Part shown: piece by piece, positions 9,256 to 17,925 of the stretch
Layout: every line of letters begins with the position of its first letter
How positions within the stretch are numbered: the first letter of the stretch is position 1
Assembly (NCBI GenBank): GCA_045805065.1
Contig: JBJMMA010000171.1
Location: 1 to 48,790 of the forward strand
DNA: 48,790 nucleotides
Reading direction: 5' to 3'
Source of the DNA: Bdellovibrionia bacterium
Lineage (GTDB): Bacteria > Bdellovibrionota > UBA1018
The notes under the pieces: model-generated
Databases searched by the model: none
What the model was told of the DNA's origin: nothing
What the model saw: the letters and a program-made list of their open reading frames with translations, nothing else
Program-made: the position numbers and the translations under genes

Positions 9256-9290
9256 CATATTCCCTGCGTTCATTGCAGGGCATATGTTTC
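9256..9290 (+). terminator. Hairpin after topA (possible terminator), overlapping a sigma54-like site
   Basis: CATAT-T-CCCTGC gttcatt GCAGGG-C-ATATG followed by TTTC. Confidence 0.4.
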
Positions 9291-9634
9291 GCTTCTTTAA
9301 AAGAAAAGCAGCAGAAGAAAAACTTGAGCCGGTTGATGTGAAAGCAGTCAGCCCACTCCTCTTGCCGCCCGACGTGCCGGAAGAAGAAAAACTCGCGTAT
9401 CACCCTGAGAACACCGTTCTCACCGAGGATATTGCCATGAATCGCTCCATTGCGAGCGGTGCTGGCACCTCCGGAGGTTTTGGTGCCTATCAGCCTTTCT
9501 TATCTGAAAAAGAAGTCGAAGAGCGCGAGCATCCTGAAGCCTGGCAGCATGATGAGCCTCCGAATACAGATGCTCCTCAAAGAGACGTGGTGATTGATCG
9601 GGTGGAGAACGAAGAGTCTCGCAAGGCTTCTTAA
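9284..9634 (+). CDS. Hypothetical acidic protein
   Basis: 116-aa ORF filling the gap between topA and a convergent gene; no recognisable motif. Confidence 0.6.
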   Translation: MFRFFKRKAAEEKLEPVDVKAVSPLLLPPDVPEEEKLAYHPENTVLTEDIAMNRSIASGAGTSGGFGAYQPFLSEKEVEEREHPEAWQHDEPPNTDAPQRDVVIDRVENEESRKAS

Positions 9635-9651
9635 GCGGGCGCTGCTACAGA

Positions 9652-10485
9652 TCAGCTTTTGCGGGATTTGGTAGCTTGGCCGTTCGCAAGCTGAGGAGAG
9701 TTTGTCTCAACCGGAGGCAAGCGGCGAACCATGCTGGACCACCACTTCTTAACGGAGGCACGCGCCGTTGCGCATTGCTCCTGAGTGATGACTTTGGAGT
9801 TATTGTAGATAACCGCGTTCATCACTTCGGTGTTTTCGTTCGCATGATAGAGATTGAGATAATGCCCAAGCTCATGAGCGATGATGTTTGGGAAGTTCCC
9901 CACTTTATCTTCTAGAATAACACCATACAGGCCGCTTCCTGGCATCTTGGTCCAGGCGTTCGCAGGAGTGTGGCCCAATCCCCCATCGCGCTTCCACTTG
10001 TAGGTGGTTACGATCAGGAAACTCGATTTCTCATTGAAGGTCTGGCGAATTCGATCCAGATCCGAAAAGTCTGTCGTATCTGCAGGCAATCCCGCGGCTT
10101 CGGGATCTTTCAAGACGAGCTCATCAATCTGAAATCCAATCTTACATTGGCTCCAGATCGAATTGACTGTCGAAAAATTGTTCTCAGCCACCACCGGACT
10201 GATCACAGGTTGCTTTGAGGATGGGTTCACGTAGACGACGTATTTCACGCCCAGACAGAGAAAATCCGGGTCATCGCTCACGCAAGTCTTCCCGATTCCG
10301 ATCTGCTCGTGCGCTGGCGCGCGCGTTGCCGCAGGTTTAGCAACCGCGGACTTGATGTCCGCAGGTCTTGCGATCGCGGCATTTGCATCTTTCTGACCAC
10401 AGACTGGCAACGTGCTTACGGCAAAAGCCAACCCTGTGAACAAAAAGGATTGTTTCAGTCGATCCGTGACTCTCAACTCTCTCAA
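9652..10485 (-). CDS. Secreted zinc metalloprotease (M43/ulilysin-like metzincin)
   Basis: IIAHELGHYLNLYH zinc motif, VMN Met-turn, N-terminal signal. Confidence 0.8.
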   Translation of the reverse strand: MRELRVTDRLKQSFLFTGLAFAVSTLPVCGQKDANAAIARPADIKSAVAKPAATRAPAHEQIGIGKTCVSDDPDFLCLGVKYVVYVNPSSKQPVISPVVAENNFSTVNSIWSQCKIGFQIDELVLKDPEAAGLPADTTDFSDLDRIRQTFNEKSSFLIVTTYKWKRDGGLGHTPANAWTKMPGSGLYGVILEDKVGNFPNIIAHELGHYLNLYHANENTEVMNAVIYNNSKVITQEQCATARASVKKWWSSMVRRLPPVETNSPQLANGQATKSRKS

Positions 10486-10625
10486 ACCCCTTTAAAAAAC
10501 TCACCCTCTCGTATCCGTGAGAGAGCAAGCCCGGTGAATTTCCGGGAAAAAAGCATCTCTTAAAACGAGAATCGAGCCAAGTATTTTTTATCGTTTAAAA
10601 ATATACCAATGAAACCAAACGAGAA

Positions 10626-11399
10626 TTAACTTCGGATCATATTAGTCCACCAATAGCTTGCTGCCGCCCGGGCGGAAGCACATTGGGAGGAATCCAGGCG
10701 CGTGGAATTGGAGTAAATAATGGGATTCATCACGTCTGAATTATCGGAGACGTGTCCAAGATTCAGATAATGTCCAAGTTCGTGAGCGATGATATTCGGA
10801 TACGCGCCCACGGGTTGCTCCATCACGACCCCCATCACATAGCTGCCCGGCATATTGGTCCATGCATTTGCGCCGGTGTTACCCAGGGTTCCGTTGCGGT
10901 TCCAGGTTCCCGTCGTGATCACAACCAGAAGATCATTCGTAGAAAAAACAGAACGAGCCTGATCAAGCTCGGGATAGTTTGTGGGATTCAAGTTGAGTCC
11001 ATAATCTCGCGGACTCACGATGACAAGCTGGTCGATCTGAAATCCAATGTTGCATTGGCTCCAGATCATATCGATAGAAGCGACATTGTTTGCGATCGCA
11101 TCGCGAGAAATGATCGGATTTCCAGCGGAGTCCGCATAAACAACGTATCTCATGCCGAGGCAAAGATGATCAGAATCGCCTGCCGCGCAACTGGCTCCGA
11201 TCTCAGGAGATGAATGACTGCCAGTAGTGGATCCCCCGGGCCCTGCCGGAATCGCGATCGGAACGCCACTGATCAAGTCGCTTCCCTGAGGACTATCGCA
11301 ACTCGAGACCGCACTAGCCATGAGAATCAAAAGAACCGAAAAGAACCCACGAGAGAACCAAGTCGACCGCACGCTTTGACTGAACATTCGCCACTCCAC
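10626..11399 (-). CDS. Lipoprotein zinc metalloprotease (M43-like), paralogue of the adjacent gene
   Basis: Lipobox AVSSC; IIAHELGHYLNLGH; VMN; shares CLG.+YVVY, IWSQC.IGFQID and ANAWT.MPG with 9652..10485. Confidence 0.8.
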   Translation of the reverse strand: MEWRMFSQSVRSTWFSRGFFSVLLILMASAVSSCDSPQGSDLISGVPIAIPAGPGGSTTGSHSSPEIGASCAAGDSDHLCLGMRYVVYADSAGNPIISRDAIANNVASIDMIWSQCNIGFQIDQLVIVSPRDYGLNLNPTNYPELDQARSVFSTNDLLVVITTGTWNRNGTLGNTGANAWTNMPGSYVMGVVMEQPVGAYPNIIAHELGHYLNLGHVSDNSDVMNPIIYSNSTRLDSSQCASARAAASYWWTNMIRS

Positions 11400-11437
11400 T
11401 TCGCTTCACTTCCAACTGAGACCAAGTCAAAGTCGAC

Positions 11438-11463
11438 TACGCACGAGTGACGTAAAAAGTTTC
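11438..11463 (-). promoter_or_regulatory. ECF-sigma-type promoter facing the metalloprotease genes
   Basis: Minus strand GAAAC-N17-CGTA, matching the general ECF AAC/CGT signature. Confidence 0.45.
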
Positions 11464-11524
11464 TATCTGATTTATTTAAAATTTTGCTTGCCCGAAAAGC
11501 CATGGCGGATATGCTCTATAGCCT

Positions 11525-12166
11525 ATGTTTAAATTGAACCTTCGAAAGAACAAGTCAGACGATCGCGCCGTTTCTATCGACCAGCAAGTGGCTCAACGCT
11601 TCCATGCTGGAGAATGCGACGCTTTCACAGAGATCTACAACGCGTTCAAAGCTCCAGTTTTCAGTTTCCTCCTTCGCCGTACGGAAAGCGTGAATGTGGC
11701 CGAAGATCTGTCGCATGACATTTTTCTCAAGGTTCTCAAGTCCCGGCACCTCTATGATCCTACCCAGGAGTTTGCTCCTTGGTTCTGGACTGTCGCGCGC
11801 AATACATTAAATGATCATCTCCGCCGCAAGATCCATGCTGCCATCAGCGTGCAAGTGGATGGCCCCGAAGCAGAGGCTGATGGCGTGGCCGCGCTTGTTT
11901 CTACCGCTGATATCGAAACCCTGGTCGTGAAAGACTCGGACCGCGCGGTTTTGATGAAGTTTCTCGGACAACTCACCAAGCTTCAGCGCGAAGCCTTGAG
12001 CATGCGCCTCGTTCACAAGCTATCCTATGCCGAGATCTCCAAGAGAATGAGCTTAAGCTTGTCTGCAGTGAAATCCCTCATTCATCGCGCGCAGGGATCT
12101 ATTAAACTCGCATTCAGAAAAGAGCATAAGCGCGAGCTTCGTATTCTTGAAGCAAGTGATGCTTGA
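11525..12166 (+). CDS. ECF RNA polymerase sigma factor
   Basis: Region 2 AEDLSHDIFLKV...FAPWFWTVARN; region 4 LSYAEISKRMSLSLSAVKSLIHRA. Confidence 0.92.
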   Translation: MFKLNLRKNKSDDRAVSIDQQVAQRFHAGECDAFTEIYNAFKAPVFSFLLRRTESVNVAEDLSHDIFLKVLKSRHLYDPTQEFAPWFWTVARNTLNDHLRRKIHAAISVQVDGPEAEADGVAALVSTADIETLVVKDSDRAVLMKFLGQLTKLQREALSMRLVHKLSYAEISKRMSLSLSAVKSLIHRAQGSIKLAFRKEHKRELRILEASDA

Positions 12167-12211
12167 ATCTGGCTGAGACCTGACACTCGAGTCCTGAATT
12201 AGACACAAAAT

Positions 12212-12345
12212 GACGCACCATTTCTTCGCGCGAAGAAGCGGTGCGTCCAGATCCGAATTGTGGAAAAGGGTTCGAGATCTGACAGCAAGTCCGCATAAAA
12301 CATGGGCTCGTCAGGCATGAGACTTTCATATCTGCCTGCCCCATG
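12212..12345 (+). other. Three consecutive stem-loops upstream of, and overlapping the start of, the HNH gene
   Basis: Hairpins at 12212-12247, 12248-12281 and 12301-12345, read directly from the sequence. Confidence 0.6.
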
Positions 12346-13515
12346 AGCACATCCAATTACGCCCCCATTTCTCTCCTCCAAACCCCGTACAAAAAACTCA
12401 GCAACGAGGAGTTACTTCAGAGAGCTCGAAACATCGTTAAAGACGAAAGAGCGATCCAAGCCGAAGTCATCCGCATTCTTGCCGAGGTAGAGCGCAGACG
12501 CCTCTACGCTTCACTAGGCTTCCGCTCCCTCTTTGACTTCTGCGTGAAAGAGCTTCGCTATTCAGAATCCGCAGCATGGCGACGGATCGCAGCCATGCGA
12601 GTGATCAAAGATCTACCTGGCGCCGAAACAAAGCTCGTAACGGGCGAGCTTACTTTGAAAGCCATGACGAGCGTTCACAATTTCCTGAACCATGAAGAAC
12701 GCCACCATCATCAAACCTTCACGCTCGAGCAGAAAAAGCAAATTCTCCAATCCGTGGAAAATAAGACCGGAAGAGAAACCGAAGCCATTCTCGCCTCCCT
12801 CTCCCCGATCCCGGCACCACCCCACGAAAGAGAGCGCCAACTCAACGGCACGGACGTAGAAATCCGATTTGTAGCAGACGTCCCGCTCCTGGGAAGACTC
12901 CATCGCCTGAAGGATCTCAACAGCCACCGAGACCCATCTCGCAGCTACCGCGGGCTCTTTGAATGGCTTACTGAGCTTGGACTCAAGTCCGATCCTTTGC
13001 AAAAAACCAGCAAGGCTAAAACAACCCCCAGAACTACCGCTTCAAATCAAAAAGCTCCAGCCACTTCTAAGTCCCACACGCTCACTCGATCAAACTCCGA
13101 TCGCTACATTCCCACTGATCTCAAAATCAAAGTCTGGAAACGAGATCAGGGAAAATGCACCTACACCGATCCAAAAAGCGGGCGGCAATGCGGCTCGACT
13201 TCATTTATTGAAATCGATCACATCATCCCCCACGCCTTGGGCGGCGAAACGACTTTTGAAAACCTGAGGCTCTACTGCAAGACGCACAATCTCGAAGCCG
13301 CACGAAAAACGTACGGAGATGGAAAAATCCAGTCCGAGATCCGCGCGTCAGCCCAAAAATCAGCTCAAAAAGTCAGCCCAAGAATCAGCTTTGATGAAAG
13401 TCGCGAACCAGCGCGCGCTTTCTTGCATGGCGAGCCATCGCAAGGTCAATCAAGCGCGTCAGAAGCTCCTGGTAACCAATGCCTGAAGCTTCCCACATCT
13501 TCGGGTACATGCTGA
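12343..13515 (+). CDS. HNH endonuclease domain protein (DUF222-like N-terminus, Bdellovibrio-type)
   Basis: N-terminal EVERRRLYASLGFRSLFDFCVKELRYSE; C-terminal RDQGKCTY...CGS...EIDHIIPHALGG....NLRLYCKTHN. Confidence 0.85.
   Translation: MSTSNYAPISLLQTPYKKLSNEELLQRARNIVKDERAIQAEVIRILAEVERRRLYASLGFRSLFDFCVKELRYSESAAWRRIAAMRVIKDLPGAETKLVTGELTLKAMTSVHNFLNHEERHHHQTFTLEQKKQILQSVENKTGRETEAILASLSPIPAPPHERERQLNGTDVEIRFVADVPLLGRLHRLKDLNSHRDPSRSYRGLFEWLTELGLKSDPLQKTSKAKTTPRTTASNQKAPATSKSHTLTRSNSDRYIPTDLKIKVWKRDQGKCTYTDPKSGRQCGSTSFIEIDHIIPHALGGETTFENLRLYCKTHNLEAARKTYGDGKIQSEIRASAQKSAQKVSPRISFDESREPARAFLHGEPSQGQSSASEAPGNQCLKLPTSSGTC
13348..13390. repeat. Short tandem repeat, ~12-bp unit TCAGC(C/T)CAA(A/G)AA, at the ddl stop codon
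   Basis: tcagcccaaaaa tcagctcaaaaa g tcagcccaagaa tcagct. Confidence 0.7.
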
Positions 13516-14557
13516 TCGAGGTAAAGCCCGGCATCGTGTTCACTTCATTGAAGTAGAACTCGCCCGTGGTCTTATCCAGGAACAAGTCGACGCGAGCCAG
13601 ACCTTCACACTCCAGAGCGCGGAACGCTTCGCGAGCGATATATTGAGCGCGCGCGAGCTGCTCAGGAGCCAGCTTGGCTGGAATCATGAGGGCTGCGCCG
13701 TTCTCATCGAGATACTTGGCTTCGTAAGAATAAAATTCGTGACCTGTTGGCGCCACTTCACCTGGAGCGCTCACCATGGCATCCAAACCTGGATCTGGAT
13801 TCTCCAGCACGGCAAGCTCGATCTCACGAGCGGAGACCGCCTTCTCAACCAGGACTTTCGTGTCAAAACGGAAAGCATCTTTCAAAGCCGCATCCAGCTC
13901 TTCCGGAGTCTTGACCTTGTGAACGCCTACGCTTGAGCCAAGGTTGGCTGGCTTTACGAAAACTGGATATCCAAGTTCCGTTGCGATCTTCTGGGCTGCC
14001 GCTTGAGGATTCTTTTTCCAAGGCTCGTGCTTCAGGGCAACAGCTGGAACCACAGGAAGGCCCGCCGCCTGAATCAAACGCTTGGCGATATCCTTGTCCA
14101 TTCCGACAGCGGACGACAAAGTCCCGCATCCCACATAAGGCACATCTGCGAGTTCCAGAAAGCCTTGAATGGTTCCGTCCTCACACAAAGGCCCGTGCAT
14201 GACTGGAAAGACGACATCAATCGCCGTCATTGGAGCCATTTTGCCAGATCCGTTACCGCTCAGCGGCATAAGTTGACTCTGACCACTCACAGGATTTGGA
14301 GGAAGAACAACAGGCGGCAGGTTCTGATCCATCGGAAGAGACTGAGTATTTTTCTCAATCAGCGAGATATCATTCAAAAGCCATCGTCCCTGCTTATCAA
14401 TGGCGATGGGAACCACTTCGAAGCGCTCTGGATCGAGGTTTCGGATCACCGATGCCGCCGAGCGCAATGAAATCTCATGCTCACCGGAGCGACCGCCATA
14501 CAGAACCGCAACTCTCAGTTTTTTCCCGTTAGAATTTCCAGCATTTTTTGGCGACAT
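13385..14557 (-). CDS. ddl: D-alanine--D-alanine ligase
   Basis: [58 protein letters not shown]. Confidence 0.97.
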   Translation of the reverse strand: MSPKNAGNSNGKKLRVAVLYGGRSGEHEISLRSAASVIRNLDPERFEVVPIAIDKQGRWLLNDISLIEKNTQSLPMDQNLPPVVLPPNPVSGQSQLMPLSGNGSGKMAPMTAIDVVFPVMHGPLCEDGTIQGFLELADVPYVGCGTLSSAVGMDKDIAKRLIQAAGLPVVPAVALKHEPWKKNPQAAAQKIATELGYPVFVKPANLGSSVGVHKVKTPEELDAALKDAFRFDTKVLVEKAVSAREIELAVLENPDPGLDAMVSAPGEVAPTGHEFYSYEAKYLDENGAALMIPAKLAPEQLARAQYIAREAFRALECEGLARVDLFLDKTTGEFYFNEVNTMPGFTSISMYPKMWEASGIGYQELLTRLIDLAMARHARKRALVRDFHQS

Positions 14558-14683
14558 CGAAAGTTCCCTCTTTCACTGATTCACTACCTGACTCAAGGTT
14601 AGCAAAGCTCTTTTCTTGATTCACTCGGAAAAGCTGAGTAGAGTCCCTCTATTGGACAAAATTTCTCGAAAGGATATTGTTCT

Positions 14684-16000
14684 ATGTCCACCTCCAACAA
14701 AGAAATCCACGGCTCGCTGAGCTCGCACCTTTGGGATACGAGCGATCTTTACCGCAACGCCGTCATGCAGCTTCAAGAAGCTGCAACGACGATGAAGCTT
14801 GATCCGAACATCGCAGAGCGCCTCAAAGTTCCAAAGCGCGCTCTGATCGTGAGCGTTCCAATTCGTCTCGACGACGGAAGCATTCGCGTGTTCGAAGGAT
14901 ATCGCGTTCAGCACAACATGACCCTCGGACCCGGAAAGGGCGGTATTCGCTTCCATCCGGAAGTGAATCTCTCTGAAGTCGCAGGTCTTGCAATGCTCAT
15001 GACCTTCAAGTGCTCGCTCGTGGGTCTCCCACTGGGCGGCGCAAAGGGCGGCATTCGCGTCGACCCAACCCAGCTTTCCCGCCAGGAAGCTCAAGCCCTC
15101 ACCCGTCGTTACACGACTGAGATCAACATGATCATCGGTCCTGATAAAGACATTCCAGCTCCAGACGTTGGAACCGATGGCCAGCACATGGCGTGGATGA
15201 TGGACACGTTCTCCCAAGAACGCGGCTTCGCGATTCCAGGCGTTGTCACCGGAAAGCCCATCGAAATCGGCGGCTCCCTGGGACGCGCTGAAAGTACCGG
15301 ACGCGGTGTCGTTTACACCGTTCAACATGCAGCAAAGCACCTTGCTCAAATGGGCAAGCCAGGTCCTAAGATGGATAGCACCACCACCGTTGCCGTTCAC
15401 GGCTTTGGTAAAGTGGGCGCGGTTGCTGCTCTTGAAATCTATCACCTTGGAACCAAGGTGGTGGGCGTCAGCGATGTGAGCGGCGGTCTTTACAACAAGA
15501 ACGGCCTGAACATCCCTGATGTCATCAAGTACTTCAACACTCACCGCACGCTTGTGGGCTACCCAGAAGCCGAACTGATCACGAACGAAGATCTGCTCGC
15601 GCTTCCAGTGGACGTTTTGATTCCGGCAGCTATTGACGGCGTCATCACAAAAGCCAATGTCAAGAACGTCAAGGCTCGCATCATTGCTGAAGGCGCCAAC
15701 GGCCCTGTCACCAATGAAGCGATCAACGAACTTGAAGAGCGCGGCGTGTTCATCATTCCAGACGTTCTCTGTAACGCTGGCGGCGTGATCGTGTCCTACT
15801 TCGAATGGGTTCAAGGGATTCAGAACTTCTTCTGGACCGAGAGCGAAGTGAACGCAAAGCTTGCTGAAGTCATGGCCACGGCTTTCAAGAAAGTCATGGA
15901 CATTCAAGCACGCTATCGCTGCGGCATGAAGACTGCAGCCCTCATCGCAGGTGTTGATCGTCTCAACCGCGCGATGTTGCTCCGCGGATTGTTTCCTTAA
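14684..16000 (+). CDS. gdhA: Glutamate dehydrogenase (Glu/Leu/Phe/Val dehydrogenase family)
   Basis: GPGKGGIRFH, GGAKGG, DIPAPDVGT, VVTGKP, GFGKVG, EGANGP, NAGGVIVSYFEW. Confidence 0.93.
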   Translation: MSTSNKEIHGSLSSHLWDTSDLYRNAVMQLQEAATTMKLDPNIAERLKVPKRALIVSVPIRLDDGSIRVFEGYRVQHNMTLGPGKGGIRFHPEVNLSEVAGLAMLMTFKCSLVGLPLGGAKGGIRVDPTQLSRQEAQALTRRYTTEINMIIGPDKDIPAPDVGTDGQHMAWMMDTFSQERGFAIPGVVTGKPIEIGGSLGRAESTGRGVVYTVQHAAKHLAQMGKPGPKMDSTTTVAVHGFGKVGAVAALEIYHLGTKVVGVSDVSGGLYNKNGLNIPDVIKYFNTHRTLVGYPEAELITNEDLLALPVDVLIPAAIDGVITKANVKNVKARIIAEGANGPVTNEAINELEERGVFIIPDVLCNAGGVIVSYFEWVQGIQNFFWTESEVNAKLAEVMATAFKKVMDIQARYRCGMKTAALIAGVDRLNRAMLLRGLFP

Positions 16001-16041
16001 TGACGAGAGCCTTCGGGCTCGAGTCTTTGGACGAAAAATCG

Positions 16042-16076
16042 AAAACCCGTGGGACTCAAATCCCACGGGTTTTTTT
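16042..16076 (+). terminator. Rho-independent terminator of gdhA
   Basis: AAAACCCGTGGGA ctcaaa TCCCACGGGTTTTTTT; preceded by a small GAGCC-TTCG-GGCTC hairpin (16007-16020). Confidence 0.85.
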
Positions 16077-16125
16077 CATTTAACAAGTCGTTTGACGTCG
16101 GCGTGAAGCCAGGTAAATTGTCGAC

Positions 16126-16374
16126 ATGCTCTACTGGCTCAAAATCCTTGGCCTGAACTTCATAGTCTGGATAGCAGGCTCAATCGCATTCGGCTGGTTA
16201 TTGTTACGAGACATCGAAAACAACCCAGTTCCATTGAATGCAGACGGAACACTTCCCGGAGACTCGCCTGCCCTTCCAATCATCGGAACGTCTTTGCTCT
16301 TCTACTTCTTTCTCATCCTGGCAAACGGGGTTTACTTTTTCGTGAAGAGACATCAAAGAAAATCGGTCCAATAA
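16126..16374 (+). CDS. Small two-TM membrane protein, hypothetical
   Basis: 82-aa ORF with two hydrophobic segments and a basic C-terminus. Confidence 0.6.
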   Translation: MLYWLKILGLNFIVWIAGSIAFGWLLLRDIENNPVPLNADGTLPGDSPALPIIGTSLLFYFFLILANGVYFFVKRHQRKSVQ

Positions 16375-16488
16375 ATCACCGTTTCATTAAGCCTACAGAT
16401 CTCAAAATCAAAAATGGAAATCCCAAAGGGCAGGATGCCCGTTCTCAAAATCTTGTTTTCAATTTAAAGCCCCAGCTTAATAGAAAAC

Positions 16489-17925
16489 TTAGCGCTTCAG
16501 CCCAAGCTCTTTGATTTTGAGCTGCAAACCCTTGCGAGATAACCCAAGCTTTTCAGCCGCACGAGTCACATTCCCATTCGTCTCTTCAAGAGCCTTCTCA
16601 ATGAGATCCCGCTCGACAGTCTGAGTCTGGCGCTTCACAAGTTCCTTAAAGCTCATCGGGCCAGAAGCATCAGGCGATGCTCCACCAATAGGAATTCCGA
16701 CAACGCCTGCAGCCGCAGCAACCTCTTCGGGCAAATCCTCAGAAGATAAAGTCGCGCCATCCGACATCAAAACCATGCGCTCTAAAACATTTTCAAGCTG
16801 ACGGATATTTCCAGGCCAGGAATAAGCCCGAAGAGCAGCCATGGCTTCAGGAGTGACCGAAGTAATCCCTTTCTTCAAGCGTTCATTGAACTGGCGCAAA
16901 AAGTAGCGGACCAAAAGATCGATATCTTCCTTACGATCACGCAAAGCAGGAAGATGAATCGGCACAACGTTCAAGCGATAGTAAAGATCTTCACGGAAAC
17001 GCCCGCTCTTCACCTCGGCCTCAAGATCCTTGTTCGTTGCAGTCACAATGCGAACATCGACCTTGATCGTATTAACGCCACCCACGCGCTCAAACTCTTG
17101 CTCCTGCAGAACGCGCAGAAGCTTCACTTGCATCTCGAGCGGCATCTCGGCCACTTCGTCGAGGAAAAGCGTTCCTTCATGCGCAAGCTCAAAGCGTCCA
17201 GGCTTTGAGGCCACAGCACCTGTAAAAGCACCACGCTCATAGCCAAAGAGTTCGCTCTCGATCAGAGTCGCAGGAATCGCAGCGCAATTGATCTTGATGA
17301 ATGGCTTTCCAGCGCGCGAAGAGTTGCGATGGATCTCATAAGCAACGAGTTCTTTACCCGTTCCGCTCTCCCCCCAGACCATGACGGTGGACGGAGAGTT
17401 GGCGATCTTGGAGATGATTTTGAAGATCTCCTGCATCTGAGGGCTGTTTCCAATAATGGATGAGATGCCGGGAGTAGTCGCTTCACCGCCGGACTCGGAA
17501 GACTTGCTGTCCTCAGAATGAATGGAGATCGGCTCTTTCTGCCGTTGCCGATAAGTCTCAACCGCTTTTTGAACTACGTTCAAAAGCTCGGTTTGATCAA
17601 AAGGTTTAGTAATGAAATCAAACGCGCCTTTCTTCAACGCGGAAACAGCAGCTTCAACGGTACCAAAAGCAGTAATGACGACGACCGGAAGCTCAGGATA
17701 GCTTTTTTGCACATGAGCAAGAATTTCCATGCCGCCTGGACCCGGCATATAAAGATCCGTAACCACGCAATCCAGCTCACCGCCGTCCGCATGCTCATCA
17801 ATGGCAGCAATAGCTTCTGAGCTGTCGTTGTAAACGAGCGTGGAATGACCTGCCTTCTCGAGCATGGCTTGAATCACGAAAGTGATGTTCTTCTCGTCGT
17901 CCACGACGAGGATTTTACCTGGCAC
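16489..17925 (-). CDS. Sigma54-dependent NtrC-family response regulator (REC-AAA+-Fis HTH)
   Basis: ILVVDD receiver, GESGTGKE, GAFTGA, LFLDEV, FREDLYYRLNV, WPGNIRQLEN, C-terminal HTH. Confidence 0.95.
   Translation of the reverse strand: MPGKILVVDDEKNITFVIQAMLEKAGHSTLVYNDSSEAIAAIDEHADGGELDCVVTDLYMPGPGGMEILAHVQKSYPELPVVVITAFGTVEAAVSALKKGAFDFITKPFDQTELLNVVQKAVETYRQRQKEPISIHSEDSKSSESGGEATTPGISSIIGNSPQMQEIFKIISKIANSPSTVMVWGESGTGKELVAYEIHRNSSRAGKPFIKINCAAIPATLIESELFGYERGAFTGAVASKPGRFELAHEGTLFLDEVAEMPLEMQVKLLRVLQEQEFERVGGVNTIKVDVRIVTATNKDLEAEVKSGRFREDLYYRLNVVPIHLPALRDRKEDIDLLVRYFLRQFNERLKKGITSVTPEAMAALRAYSWPGNIRQLENVLERMVLMSDGATLSSEDLPEEVAAAAGVVGIPIGGASPDASGPMSFKELVKRQTQTVERDLIEKALEETNGNVTRAAEKLGLSRKGLQLKIKELGLKR

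Noticed and set aside
10523..10540. Minus-strand TTCACCGGGCTTGCT upstream of the first protease, sigma54-like -12
   Set aside because: Lacks the invariant GG at -24.
14621..16066. 481-aa ORF antisense to gdhA
   Set aside because: Long antisense frames are expected opposite strongly codon-biased genes; no recognisable motifs.
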